64,000 nucleotides of DNA from positions 1,454,315-1,518,314 of the forward strand of contig OY969767.1 in assembly GCA_963702895.1 (NCBI GenBank), given 5' to 3'. Below, piece after piece: positions 32,662 to 42,480 of the stretch. The notes beneath the pieces were generated by a model. That model worked only from the letters and a program-made list of their open reading frames with translations. It searched no databases and was not told the DNA's origin. Made by a program: the position numbers and the translations under genes. Numbering within the stretch: position 1 is the stretch's first letter; every line of letters begins with the position of its first letter. Source of the DNA: an uncultured Elusimicrobia bacterium (GTDB lineage: Bacteria; Elusimicrobiota; Elusimicrobia; 2-01-FULL-59-12).

Positions 32662-33266
32662 GAAAGCTGTTTGAGGGCCTCTTTGACCAGTTCGGCCGTG
32701 CTGGTCTGTGAACGCGAGTGCGACGGTAAGCGATCCAAGGCGGCTCTGGCCTCCGGCTCGCGATAGCCCAAGCTCACGAGCGCCGCGATCGCTTCACTGG
32801 CACCCGTCGCCTCAAGGGAGCCCGACCACTTCTCTCGTCCGGCCACGCGTAAAGCGGCGATACGGTCCTTGAGGGCCGCAATGATCTTGTTGGACGTCTT
32901 CGGGGTAAAACCAAAGAGGCTGGTGAGGGTCCTGGTGTCTCCTCCGAGCACCGCTCTGCGAAAATCGGGGGCTGATTTCGCAATTTTATCCAAATAATCG
33001 AGCGCTTTCTTGGATCCGGTGCCGGGTATTTCACGCAGCAAGAGGTAGATTTCTTTTTCCTCCAGGGACAGAAAACCATAGAGCGTGACAGCGCCGCCAT
33101 ACATCGCCATCGCTTCCACAATAAAAAGTTGGATCTCTTCGCCCACCGAAGGCAATCGGTCGTAGGCTGAGAGCGTTACGAACACCTCATAGCCGATGCC
33201 GTGCACATCCAGCAGGGCCTGGCCAGGCGATTTATGCAGCAGAGAACCCCGTAGACTGCCGATCAT
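32658..33266 (-). CDS. ruvA: Holliday junction DNA-binding protein RuvA
   Basis: MIGSLRG, GIGYEV, LYGF, ALVSLGY. Confidence 0.95.
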   Translation of the reverse strand: MIGSLRGSLLHKSPGQALLDVHGIGYEVFVTLSAYDRLPSVGEEIQLFIVEAMAMYGGAVTLYGFLSLEEKEIYLLLREIPGTGSKKALDYLDKIAKSAPDFRRAVLGGDTRTLTSLFGFTPKTSNKIIAALKDRIAALRVAGREKWSGSLEATGASEAIAALVSLGYREPEARAALDRLPSHSRSQTSTAELVKEALKQLS

Positions 33267-33919
33267 ACAACCGCCTTTAGGCCGTCATCCCGGCGGCTCG
33301 TAAGCCGGGATCCATCATGATAGACCCCGGGTCTCCAAACGTCAGGCGACCCGGCCCGCCGGACGTGTGGAGGGCCGGCTTTCGCCGGGGTGACGTCGTT
33401 AAGTAAGGCACGATTTGTCTGGAGATGGCAGAGCGCGATCGCCAACGCATCGGCCGCATCATCAGGCTTGGGCAGCTCCTTGAGACGGAATTGGCGCTGG
33501 ACCATCGACTGCATCTGAAGCTTCGAAGCCGATCCGAAACCGGTCATCGCCATCTTCACCGCGCGGGGGTTGTATTCCAGGACAGGAAGTCCAGCCTCCG
33601 CCGCCACAAGCACGATCACGCCGCGGGCCTGAGCGGTGGCCGCGATGCTCACAGCAAATTTCGCGAAAAAGAGTTCTTCGATGGCCAGCACCTCCGGCTT
33701 GTGGGTCTGGATGAGGCTCGCCAGTTCTTGTTTGATCTGAAGAAGACGTTCCGGCAGGGCGGTCGAGGAGGGCGTCACAATCGCGCCAAAATCGATGAGA
33801 GCGATCCCCTTCGGTGCTTTTTCAAGCACGCCCCAGCCGGTGGTGGCCAGTCCCGGGTCGACACCCAGCACTCGACAACTTGACGCGGGGAAACTGGGAC
33901 GTGGAGAACTGTCGATCAT
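33263..33919 (-). CDS. ruvC: Crossover junction endodeoxyribonuclease RuvC with repeat-derived N- and C-terminal extensions
   Basis: VLGVDPG..TGWG, IEELFF, QARG, TGFG.A.K.Q, DDAADALAIA; ATG 33919 preceded by GGAGA. Confidence 0.95.
   Translation of the reverse strand: MIDSSPRPSFPASSCRVLGVDPGLATTGWGVLEKAPKGIALIDFGAIVTPSSTALPERLLQIKQELASLIQTHKPEVLAIEELFFAKFAVSIAATAQARGVIVLVAAEAGLPVLEYNPRAVKMAMTGFGSASKLQMQSMVQRQFRLKELPKPDDAADALAIALCHLQTNRALLNDVTPAKAGPPHVRRAGSPDVWRPGVYHDGSRLTSRRDDGLKAVV
33284..33394. repeat. REP-like doublet with nested 48-bp hairpin dimer, translated as the RuvC C-terminal tail
   Basis: Reverse complement matches 29041-29104 except for an extra ccctccacacgtccggcgggccgggtcgcctgacgtttggagacccgg; 111 bp. 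Confidence 0.9.
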
Positions 33920-33954
33920 TTCTCCGTGTCCCCGCATCACCGCGTCACCGCGCC
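33882..33954. repeat. Inverted arrays of 8-bp tandem repeats at the yebC-ruvC junction
   Basis: gacgcggg gaaactgg gacgtgga gaa ... tccgtgtc cccgcatc accgcgtc accgcgcc. Confidence 0.8.
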
Positions 33955-33959
33955 GGTGG

Positions 33960-34715
33960 TCACTTCGAGGCTGCGCTTTCAATGACGTCCTTGGGGATAT
34001 CAAAATTTGCGTACACGTTCTTGACGTCGTCGTGATCTTCCAGATCGTTCATGAGAGACATCATCTGCTGCGCCGGGGACCCGGTAAGTTTGACATAGGT
34101 CTTCGGCAAAAGGGTCACCTCTGCCGAAAGCGTGGGGACCTTCGCTGCCGCAAACGCCTTTTTCACAGACTCAAAATCCGCGGGCTGCGTGATGACCTCA
34201 AAGATATCGGGGTCTTCCGACTGAATGTCCTCTGCCCCGGCGTCGAGCGCCAGCGTCATGAGCTGATCTTCGGTGGCATTGGATTTCTCCACGGTCAGGA
34301 TCCCTTTCGAGGAAAACATCCAGCCCACCGAGCCCGTCTCGCCCAGGTTGCCGCCGTGTTGAGAAAAAAGGCGGCGGATTTCGCCCGCGGTGCGGTTTTT
34401 ATTGTCCGTCGTCACCTCAATCATGAGCGCCACACCGCTCGGGCCATAGCCCTCATAAACAAGCTCTTCGTAGGTTGCCCCTGGCAATTCGCCTGTGCCC
34501 CGCTGGATGGCCTTCTTGATATTGTCGGCCGGCATGTTCGCCTCCCGAGCATCATCCATGGCCTTGCGAAGTCGGGGGTTCGACTCCGGGCTTCCCCCGC
34601 CGATTTTGGCAGCAATCACGATTTCGCGGATAATCTTCGTAAAAAGCTTGCCCCGCTTAGCGTCGGCCAAGCCCTTCTTATGCTTAATTCCTGCCCAACG
34701 TGAATGTCCTGACAC
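33960..34715 (-). CDS. yebC: YebC/PmpR family protein
   Basis: SGHSRWAGIKHKK, YEGYGP.G, DNKNRT; GTG start behind a GGAGGAGGA SD. Confidence 0.96.
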   Translation of the reverse strand: MSGHSRWAGIKHKKGLADAKRGKLFTKIIREIVIAAKIGGGSPESNPRLRKAMDDAREANMPADNIKKAIQRGTGELPGATYEELVYEGYGPSGVALMIEVTTDNKNRTAGEIRRLFSQHGGNLGETGSVGWMFSSKGILTVEKSNATEDQLMTLALDAGAEDIQSEDPDIFEVITQPADFESVKKAFAAAKVPTLSAEVTLLPKTYVKLTGSPAQQMMSLMNDLEDHDDVKNVYANFDIPKDVIESAASK

Positions 34716-34735
34716 GGGTCCTCCTCCAATGGGGG

Positions 34736-34754
34736 GCCCCGCTTTCGCGGGGAT
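34736..34754. repeat. Single REP-like hairpin in the yebC 5' leader
   Basis: ccccgc-tttc-gcggggat, same stem-loop as the REP arms at 55784 and 56095. Confidence 0.65.
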
Positions 34755-34787
34755 GGAGCTGTTTCCTGTAAGCTTTTTGCCGGTCAC

Positions 34788-34796
34788 ATTTTAACA
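34788..34796 (-). promoter_or_regulatory. Putative extended -10 promoter (TGTTAAAAT) at the head of the yebC-ruv-que-sec run
   Basis: TGn+TAAAAT about 73 bp upstream of yebC; identical 9-mer at 43181-43189. Confidence 0.5.
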
Positions 34797-34907
34797 GATT
34801 CGTGCCCTCTTCCTCGATGGATCTGGGCAACAGCTTGACTGTTCTGCGTCCGAACGTGACGGAATCAGGTGATGCGGCGTTCTTCCGCCGAAGGTTAGAG
34901 CAGCCCC

Positions 34908-36902
34908 TCAGGGCCTTGCGGATCCACGAGAGGCCTTGGCATTCTGAGACACCACCGCTAAGTTTTTCTTCGCCAAGTCAAAGCTGGGATCAAGGTGAAG
35001 CGCTTTTTGATAGGCCTGGATCGCTTGGTCCCACGCCTCAATTTGCGTGTAATAGTAACCCAGGTTATTCCACATGTCACGGTCGGCCGGAAAGACCCGG
35101 ACTCCCTGCAAATAGAGCGCTTCCACATCCCCCTTGTGCTGCTCAAAATGTCTGAAATAGAGGCCGGCAAGCGCGTTGTAGGCGGTCTGGGAGAGCGGGT
35201 TAATCGCGAGGCAGATTCTGTAATAGTGGATGGCCTCCTCATCACGGCCGGCCTGCATCAGCAGGGTGGCGCGGTTAAAGTAAATCTCATCGTAACCGGC
35301 ATTGGCATCCAGGGCCCGCTGGTACATGTGGAGCGCCTTTTCCTTGTCCCCCATGCGCGCGTAGACATTGGCCAATTCGTAATTATTGTTCACCTCCAGG
35401 GGATGCCAACGGTACGCTCGCTCAAGGGAGCGCGCTGCCCCGGGCAGGTCGATGCCGCCCTTGGAGAGTTTAAAGCCGTGAAAAAAATGGATTTCCCCCC
35501 TCCACAACGCGAACGAGCGTGCCATGAGACTCATGAGTCCCAGCACGGCCAGGAGCACGAGCGCTTTGCGCCACAGAGGCGCAAGATTCACACGATGGAC
35601 CTTGAGGTTTTCGGGGTCAAGCGCCATCACGGAGCCCACCCACCACCAGAAAAAAAAGGCGGGCACGGCAAAATGGACCGATACATTCAGGAGATTATCG
35701 ACCAGCATCCCGGCGACCCCGCCGAGCATGCCCCAGCACATCGGCTTCCATCCGCCTGAGAGGCGCCGCGCGATCGCAGCGCCCTGGCGAAAGAAAAGGA
35801 CCCACATCCAAAGGACCACGCCGAATCCGATCGAGCCGATCTGCGACCAGTATTCAAGAATCTCGTTATGGGCGTTATTGGCGTGCGTGCGCGCCGCTAA
35901 GTTTTTCAGAAAGAGGATAGGCCCCTGGTAAAAAGGATAGAAGAGCTCAAAGCACCCCCACCCTTTCCCCAACCAGGGGTGGTCCTGGACCATACCGAAG
36001 GCGGCGATCCAGATCAGGAACCTCTGATAGACAGAACCATAGGCCTCGTGTGTAGCTCGTTTGACCTCCATCAAACGAGCAATGACGACCGGCTTATAAC
36101 TGTCCGCGCTTTGCGGCCAGGCAAGGACAATCAGCCCCATCACCACAAGGAGCGCTTTGGACCCCCGGGCGGACTTGGGGTCCGTTCGGTGCACGGCCCA
36201 CGCGAGCACGAGCAACCCCACCAAGAGCCCCATCCAAGAGGAACGGGTCATGGTCGCCAGGATCGCGCCAAGACAAACCGGAATGGCAAGAAAGAGCAGG
36301 GCGCGCGGAAATCTTGTCACCTTAAAAAGATAATCCGCCACCATCACCGGCATCACCACAACCAGAAACGACGACATAAAGTTGGGGTTGCCAAAAGTCG
36401 AGACGGGCCTGTTGCCGTAAGGGTTGAGCTGCCTGGGCCAAATCAGTTCCACGCCAAAGAACTGCGCGATTCCATAAGCGGCCGCGAGGGTCGCGACGAC
36501 ATACGTGATCCAAAGCAGCGCCCGGACGAGCGAGGCCTCACGCGCGCGCAAAGCAGCCGCATAAACTAAAAAGGTGTTCACGAGGAGGAAAATCATGGAT
36601 TTGGACCCCTCGCTGTAGATCGATGAGAGAAAGGCGGGATGGGCCGCCATCGACAGGAGCCAACTGCTGAGCGACACCAGGCCCAGGCCCAGGAACGGCA
36701 CATCCAAGGGTGAGCTCACCCAGGCCAGTTCGTTATTGCGCAGGGACGCCACAAGCCAAACACACCAACAGGCGGGAACGAACACATTGAGCAGGGCGAT
36801 CTGGGTGTAATAGGGATTGCGCGTCAGGTCTGTGAAAAAAAGAAGAGGGCAGACCCCGAAGAGAAGGAAAAGGAGACTACGGACGGATCGGGGGGTTGCC
36901 AT
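34908..36902 (-). CDS. O-antigen ligase-like (Wzy_C) membrane protein with C-terminal TPRs
   Basis: STFGNPNF, TRSSW, R..IW...G.GWG.F, AHNEILE, TPR helices. Confidence 0.88.
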   Translation of the reverse strand: MATPRSVRSLLFLLFGVCPLLFFTDLTRNPYYTQIALLNVFVPACWCVWLVASLRNNELAWVSSPLDVPFLGLGLVSLSSWLLSMAAHPAFLSSIYSEGSKSMIFLLVNTFLVYAAALRAREASLVRALLWITYVVATLAAAYGIAQFFGVELIWPRQLNPYGNRPVSTFGNPNFMSSFLVVVMPVMVADYLFKVTRFPRALLFLAIPVCLGAILATMTRSSWMGLLVGLLVLAWAVHRTDPKSARGSKALLVVMGLIVLAWPQSADSYKPVVIARLMEVKRATHEAYGSVYQRFLIWIAAFGMVQDHPWLGKGWGCFELFYPFYQGPILFLKNLAARTHANNAHNEILEYWSQIGSIGFGVVLWMWVLFFRQGAAIARRLSGGWKPMCWGMLGGVAGMLVDNLLNVSVHFAVPAFFFWWWVGSVMALDPENLKVHRVNLAPLWRKALVLLAVLGLMSLMARSFALWRGEIHFFHGFKLSKGGIDLPGAARSLERAYRWHPLEVNNNYELANVYARMGDKEKALHMYQRALDANAGYDEIYFNRATLLMQAGRDEEAIHYYRICLAINPLSQTAYNALAGLYFRHFEQHKGDVEALYLQGVRVFPADRDMWNNLGYYYTQIEAWDQAIQAYQKALHLDPSFDLAKKNLAVVSQNAKASRGSARP

Positions 36903-39552
36903 GGAAGAGCCGCTGGACATCCGGATCCTGCGGGGCGAGCCGCTGAACTTTTTGCCAGGTGCGCCCGGCTTCGGCCTCTTGCCCCAGCCGTTGCTGGACT
37001 GCGGCGAGGTTTTTCAGGACGCGCACGTTGTCCGGCGCGACCCAAAGACTCAACCGATACGCCCGCGAGGCCCCAGCCCCATTGCCCCTGACGAAGCGGA
37101 CGTTGCCCAAGTTTTCGAACATCTCCGCGTTGAAATGCCGGTGCGAGCCGTCCCAGCGTTCACGCAACACATCATTCTCGCGTGCCCGGCATTTCCAAGC
37201 ATAGAGGGATTCGAGATAGAGCTGCTCGGCAGTCTCCTGACGCTGGGCGACTTCCGTTGCCCGGCCGCGCATCTGGGCGATCTCCGCGAGTTGAAGTTGG
37301 ACCCAGGCGGCCCGCGCGTAGTTCGGTTCGAACACGGGGTCAATGGCATGATATTTCGAAAAATACAGGAGCGACTGCTTCCAGGAGGCCTCGGCCTGCT
37401 GAAGCGCTGCCTCCGCCTCTGCCATACGGCCCTGTCCGCGGAGCGTGTCGAACTGTTGGCGCTCGCCCTGTCCTTTCTTTAAGTACACAAGTCCCGCCTG
37501 GTGATGGGTCTGCACATAATTGGGAGCGATGGACCAGACGCGGCCGTATTCGTGCATGGCACGCTCAACGTCGCCGGGGCCCCAGCGGTCGGTGTACACA
37601 TTGCCCATGAAGTAGTAAGCCATGATGTAATTGGGATTAAGGGCCACAACCTTCGCGTAATTCTCGAGGGCCTCCGGCCATTTGCCCTGTTTGGAGAAGT
37701 AGATGCCCCGATTGTGATAGACGTCTGCCATAAAGTATCCCCAGAAATGCTGAAGCGGCCAGAACATCACCAGGAGCAAGACGAGATGCCCATACACATG
37801 ACGCAGAGACAGTCCCACACGCACGAGCATCCACCAGAATCCCGCGACGGTTGTCAGCACCGCGACCCAAGCGATCAACCAGAGGAGCTGCTCGCCCATC
37901 GATCCAGCCATGGGCCGCTGCGCTTCGTTAAACTGTGTCAAGACCATCCAAGTCACATAGCCAAAACCGGCCAGACATAAGCCTCGACCGATCTGGAGAA
38001 GCCAAGGCGGATGCGCTGGATTCAACAGGTCTTCGGGAGGAATCGGGCCCTGCGCCTCAGAAACCGGCATCGGATCATGCACGACCATAGCGCCGATGAG
38101 TCCCGCGAGCAGCCACAAAAAGATGCCCGATGACACAAAACGCAAACTCACATCCACGGAATTGTGCATGAGCATGCCCCAAAAGGCGGCCAGGACCCCC
38201 AGCATGTAATAGGAACGCGGATCTTGGGAAATCTTTCTTTTTCCCGACACCGGGTCGCGAATGGTAAGGCCAGCGGTGAAGCGCCCGAGCGCTCGGACGC
38301 CGAGGACAGAGAAGGTGGCGATCATCCAAAGGAAAAGACCGAAGCCAACGATACCCTCGTCCTGCAGCACTTCCCAGTATTCGTTCTCCGCGTGATCGGT
38401 TTCGGTGTTGTGTTTGCCTTCGATATGGAAGATCTGAACACGCCGGACAGCGGGGTAGAGAATGCGGAAACTTCCGATCCCATTGCCCCAGATGGGATTC
38501 CACTGCGCCATTTCCCAGGTGGAGACCCAGGTGGCCACGCGGAACCGGACCGAGGTGATGCGGCGCCTCGAAGAAAGCCCAACGGCGACCACACCGAAGA
38601 GGAGAATCAAGACGGCAGACCACAAAAGCTGCTTGCGGACTTTCTCGGACTTGAACTGAGAGAAATAGAAGACGACGAGCATGAGGAAGGAAAGCACGGC
38701 AACGGTGTAGCCAATCCACGACCCTTTGGATTCCGCCACAACGACGCAGAAGGTGATGAGGAAGAATAACAATCCGAGAAAAGAGAACCGGATCAGCGCA
38801 AACAACGCGAACGCGCACAAGAGCAGGGTGAAGAAGACGGCATTCCAGCTGGACAGGTTTGCCAACGCCAGGAATTCTCGGTGGTGCCAAAGAAGAATCG
38901 ACACAGCGCCTGCCGACAAGATGAAGAATATGAGAGAAATGGGCTTTTCGGGGTTGCGTTTCAGCAAGAGGGCCAGCGTAATGGGCGTCAGGATGACCAG
39001 GAAGTTGCCAAAGAAGTTAGGGTTGCCGAAGGTGGAGAAGATTTTGCCACCAAAGGCTTGGCGCCACACAAATGGATCGAGACCGGGCTGTGGCAAGGGA
39101 AAGAAGAAGATGTCGAGATACTGAATGAGCCCGTAGAGGGTGGCGATGGAGACGGCGATGAGGAGATAGAGGATGAGGCGTCGCAAGCGCTCAACCGTTG
39201 AGAATTCCCGAAGCGCGATCAGCGCAAAATGCACGTAAAAAACCCGGCGCAGGGTTTCCTCGAGGCCGCCGCCGGGGTAGGCGCAATGCGTAAACGCGAG
39301 AAGCCCCGAGGCGAGGCACGCCAAAAAGGGGATGGCGACAAGCGCGTAGCGCTCCCACTGTCCTTTCCAGTCACTGAGGAGGCGCACGGACCAGAAGCCG
39401 ATGAGAACGACGCCGCCCATCTGCACGATCGTGATTTTGACCTGCGCGGAATCGTAGGTGTGCAGATAAAAGGCAATGGAAGTCAGCAGGTAGAGAAAGG
39501 GCAGCGCGTAGGACAAAGCCCGGCTGCTGAGGCGCGCCGTTAAGCGATCCAC
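36877..39552 (-). CDS. Large O-antigen ligase-like (Wzy_C) membrane protein with TPRs
   Basis: STFGNPNFF, SKGSW, WG.G.GSF, HAENEY, TPR repeats; GTG start inferred to avoid overlapping the divergent gene. Confidence 0.85.
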   Translation of the reverse strand: MDRLTARLSSRALSYALPFLYLLTSIAFYLHTYDSAQVKITIVQMGGVVLIGFWSVRLLSDWKGQWERYALVAIPFLACLASGLLAFTHCAYPGGGLEETLRRVFYVHFALIALREFSTVERLRRLILYLLIAVSIATLYGLIQYLDIFFFPLPQPGLDPFVWRQAFGGKIFSTFGNPNFFGNFLVILTPITLALLLKRNPEKPISLIFFILSAGAVSILLWHHREFLALANLSSWNAVFFTLLLCAFALFALIRFSFLGLLFFLITFCVVVAESKGSWIGYTVAVLSFLMLVVFYFSQFKSEKVRKQLLWSAVLILLFGVVAVGLSSRRRITSVRFRVATWVSTWEMAQWNPIWGNGIGSFRILYPAVRRVQIFHIEGKHNTETDHAENEYWEVLQDEGIVGFGLFLWMIATFSVLGVRALGRFTAGLTIRDPVSGKRKISQDPRSYYMLGVLAAFWGMLMHNSVDVSLRFVSSGIFLWLLAGLIGAMVVHDPMPVSEAQGPIPPEDLLNPAHPPWLLQIGRGLCLAGFGYVTWMVLTQFNEAQRPMAGSMGEQLLWLIAWVAVLTTVAGFWWMLVRVGLSLRHVYGHLVLLLVMFWPLQHFWGYFMADVYHNRGIYFSKQGKWPEALENYAKVVALNPNYIMAYYFMGNVYTDRWGPGDVERAMHEYGRVWSIAPNYVQTHHQAGLVYLKKGQGERQQFDTLRGQGRMAEAEAALQQAEASWKQSLLYFSKYHAIDPVFEPNYARAAWVQLQLAEIAQMRGRATEVAQRQETAEQLYLESLYAWKCRARENDVLRERWDGSHRHFNAEMFENLGNVRFVRGNGAGASRAYRLSLWVAPDNVRVLKNLAAVQQRLGQEAEAGRTWQKVQRLAPQDPDVQRLFHGNPPIRP

Positions 39553-39609
39553 GGTATCACCCAGGATGAAGAAATTGACTCTCGAGAGACCATTTGATCT
39601 GATTAGCGT

Positions 39610-40551
39610 ATGTACTATAGAAATAAAATCGGATCTCTTCAAAAGATATTCGGCACAAGCGACCTCGAACTCCAAGAACACGCTCTGCGCGTAGGCGCCC
39701 AAACGTTCCCGATCCACCAGGACGTCATCGATTTACTCTCCTCGCGTCACGGGCCACACTTTGCCGAAGACATTCAGTTTACTTTTGGCGAAGAATGGAA
39801 AGCACATGGCGAGGTGCGGCCCGAACACGCGCAAGAATTCGCCCAATATTTTGACCTGGTTGACTTGCCGTCGCTCCAAAACAAGCGCGTCTGCGATCTG
39901 GGGTGCGGCAGCGGCCGCTGGAGCACCTTTTTAAAAGACCGCTGCCGCGAACTGGTCCTCATCGATTTTTCAGAGGGCATCTATGTCGCCCGCAAGAACC
40001 TCCAAGGCGCGGACCACTGTATTTTTATCAGAGCCGATCTCACACAGCTTCCCCTTGCAGACGATTTCGCAGACTTTTTGTTTTGCCTGGGGGTCTTGCA
40101 CCATCTGCCTGTACCGTGTCTGGAGGCGACGCGCGCGCTCCGGCGCTTGGCCCCCAAACAATTGATCTTCCTCTATTATGCCTTGGACAACCGGCCCTTC
40201 TATTTTCGCGTCCTCTTGGCCATCGTCACAGCCGTCCGAATGGCCCTGGCGCGCGTGCGCCTTCCCTTTCTGCGAAAAGTGTTTTCTCTTTTCGGGGCGG
40301 TGTTCCTCTACCTTCCGCTCATCCTGATGGGACACCTTCTGGACTGGGTGGGCCTCGGACAGGCGGTACCTCTCTATGAGTTTTATAAAGGGAAAAGCCT
40401 GGGAAGGATTCAGCAGGACGTGTATGACCGTTTTTTTACGCGTATTGAGCAGAGGGTCTCAAAAGCCCAAATCCTTGAGCTTAAGAAGGACTATGCCCAG
40501 GTCCTGGTGTCCGAGAAACTCCCTTACTGGCATTTTCTTCTGGTGAGGTAG
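39610..40551 (+). CDS. Class I SAM-dependent methyltransferase
   Basis: VCDLGCGSGRW, ADL..LP..DD..D, GVLHH. Confidence 0.9.
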   Translation: MYYRNKIGSLQKIFGTSDLELQEHALRVGAQTFPIHQDVIDLLSSRHGPHFAEDIQFTFGEEWKAHGEVRPEHAQEFAQYFDLVDLPSLQNKRVCDLGCGSGRWSTFLKDRCRELVLIDFSEGIYVARKNLQGADHCIFIRADLTQLPLADDFADFLFCLGVLHHLPVPCLEATRALRRLAPKQLIFLYYALDNRPFYFRVLLAIVTAVRMALARVRLPFLRKVFSLFGAVFLYLPLILMGHLLDWVGLGQAVPLYEFYKGKSLGRIQQDVYDRFFTRIEQRVSKAQILELKKDYAQVLVSEKLPYWHFLLVR

Positions 40552-40573
40552 GCAAGACGCCAATCTTTAAGAC

Positions 40574-40788
40574 GTTACCCCGGCGAAAGCCGGCCCTCCA
40601 CACATCCGGCGGGCCGTCCGCCCTGCCGTGTGGCGGACGCGGTCTATCATGTTACGACGTAAATGATGGATCCGACACACTACAGTCGGACGCCTGTTGT
40701 GTGGCGTCCCGGCTTTCGCCGGGATGACGGACTAAAAAGTGCACGATGCTCAGACGATAGGATAAACTCAAGTGAAGATTCCCGGTTA
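40574..40788. repeat. Composite REP-like element with two nested hairpin inserts and a shared right tail
   Basis: gttaccccggcgaaagccgg[47 bp]ggtctatcat...atgatgga[36 bp]tcccggctttcgccgggatgac, then a tail homologous to 56017-56080. Confidence 0.85.
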
Positions 40789-41760
40789 ATCGAGACGCGC
40801 TTTGAAGCGCCAGCCGATCGTGACACGGTGGGTCGTTCCGAGGTCGCCGAGAGGGATGAATGCGTAGTCTAAGGAAAGCTGTTTCTGGCGAAGCCCCACG
40901 CCTGCGCTAAAATCGGAAAGCCCCCCCAAGTCGGGCCGCGAGAAAGCATAACGATAACCCAGGCGGAAGGAGAAGAAGCGCCGCGGGTTGACCTCGATGC
41001 CGGCATCAATTTCTCCTTCCATGTCCATCCGTTTGACGTAATCCAAGGCCAGCAGCCACTGCGCGAAGGGTTGCCCGGAGATGCCTGCCCGAAAGGTCCA
41101 CGGCAGCTTGACGGAGGCTTCCGAGAAGCGTGACGCAAAACCAAGATTCAATAAGGAAGCACCCAGATTCCAAGCATGCTCATCTTGGAGTTGATACATG
41201 ATCCCGGCATCAACGGCCCCGGCGTTGGAGGACGCGTCCGCGAGCGATTCACGGATAAACTTGACGGTCCCCCCCACTTGAAGGTCGTCGGCGACAGGGC
41301 CTGCGCCGGAAAGGCCCAGGGACAGGTCATACGTGGATAAATCACCCGTTTCGCTAAAGCCTTCCCCTGTGTCGAGGCCCGTCGCGACCGTGCGAGTGAT
41401 CTGTCCGACCCGCAGGTAGTTCGCAGAAAGGCCCCAGCTGAGCGTCTTGTCACGGCCCGCTTGACCCAAGAGCACCGCCTCTTGAACCGTGTCTTCAACA
41501 TAGCTCAGGTGCTGGAAAGAAATTTGAGAAGCGATCATCGTGGCGAGACCCGCTGGGTTGTAGGGGAGCCCCTGGACATCATTCGGGACGGATGTAAAGG
41601 CTTGGCCCATGGCGGTGGAGCGCGCGCCAACGGGGATATTAAGGAACGCGAAACTGGACGTTCCGCTCGTCTGATCGGCTGGCAAAGAAGGGGTGACCAC
41701 GGCGAGGCAGGCGGCCACGCCACAGGCCAAACGGAAACGGGACCTCATGAAGGGAAACAA
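40786..41760 (-). CDS. PorV/PorQ (UPF0164)-family outer-membrane beta-barrel
   Basis: FLNIPVGARSTAMG.AF, YNPAGL, LDYAF.P.GDLG.THR. Confidence 0.88.
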   Translation of the reverse strand: MFPFMRSRFRLACGVAACLAVVTPSLPADQTSGTSSFAFLNIPVGARSTAMGQAFTSVPNDVQGLPYNPAGLATMIASQISFQHLSYVEDTVQEAVLLGQAGRDKTLSWGLSANYLRVGQITRTVATGLDTGEGFSETGDLSTYDLSLGLSGAGPVADDLQVGGTVKFIRESLADASSNAGAVDAGIMYQLQDEHAWNLGASLLNLGFASRFSEASVKLPWTFRAGISGQPFAQWLLALDYVKRMDMEGEIDAGIEVNPRRFFSFRLGYRYAFSRPDLGGLSDFSAGVGLRQKQLSLDYAFIPLGDLGTTHRVTIGWRFKARLD

Positions 41761-41914
41761 CCCATGCGCGGTTTATGTATATCAGGGGGGATGGCGCGCG
41801 GTCAATACAAAACTGACCTTAAAAAGAAAGGAATTTTCGAGCAAAAGAGCATCGCCAAACGGTGCAAAGCGAGGGTGCGGATGGTGTGTGGGGCCTATGA
41901 CGCTCGAAGGGTTC

Positions 41915-42442
41915 TCAAAAGGCCCCCCATTTCTGTTTGCCGGGGATCCAGTAGCTCGGGCAGATAAAACGTAAGGCGCGCGCGAATTTCTGAGCCCGCT
42001 CGAGAGAGGCCTCTCGTTTTGCGACGGCTCCCGCGAGGTCCTTCGAGAAGAGTTGGTGGAGATACTCTTCAGCCGCCTGCTTCCGTTCCGCTTCCGTCTT
42101 GAATTGCTTCCGAATGGCCGCGAGCTCCCCGACATCAAGCCAAACGCCTCCACAGGCGGGGCAATCATCGATCTCAATTTCTTGCCGCACCGTAAAATAA
42201 TGCCGGAAAAGCGTCTGATCCTGACATCGGGGACACAGCCGTTTGAGATTATGGTTTACGGGGATACGGTCGTGTGGGCTCATGTTCAGCAAAGGCTCAC
42301 CAAGAGATTCATGTGCTTCATCCACTTTCTTGAGTTCAAAGTTGTCCAACCAAATACCTCCACATCTTTGATCACAGATATCGACCGCTAAATCGGCTTG
42401 CTGCATCTCTTTTAGCACTCCATCACATGCGGGACATTTCAT
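41915..42442 (-). CDS. Tandem zf-TFIIB zinc-ribbon protein
   Basis: Two CP.C...D.C..CGG.WLD..EL units. Confidence 0.88.
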   Translation of the reverse strand: MKCPACDGVLKEMQQADLAVDICDQRCGGIWLDNFELKKVDEAHESLGEPLLNMSPHDRIPVNHNLKRLCPRCQDQTLFRHYFTVRQEIEIDDCPACGGVWLDVGELAAIRKQFKTEAERKQAAEEYLHQLFSKDLAGAVAKREASLERAQKFARALRFICPSYWIPGKQKWGAF

Positions 42443-42480
42443 GAGCGTGCCTCCTTGTTAGTTTCAAACTGAACGACCTG

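Noticed and set aside
34716-34787. N-terminal extension of YebC in the ORF track
   Set aside because: A strong SD precedes GTG 34715 and the family starts at M(S/A)GHS; the extra segment is a leader containing a REP hairpin.
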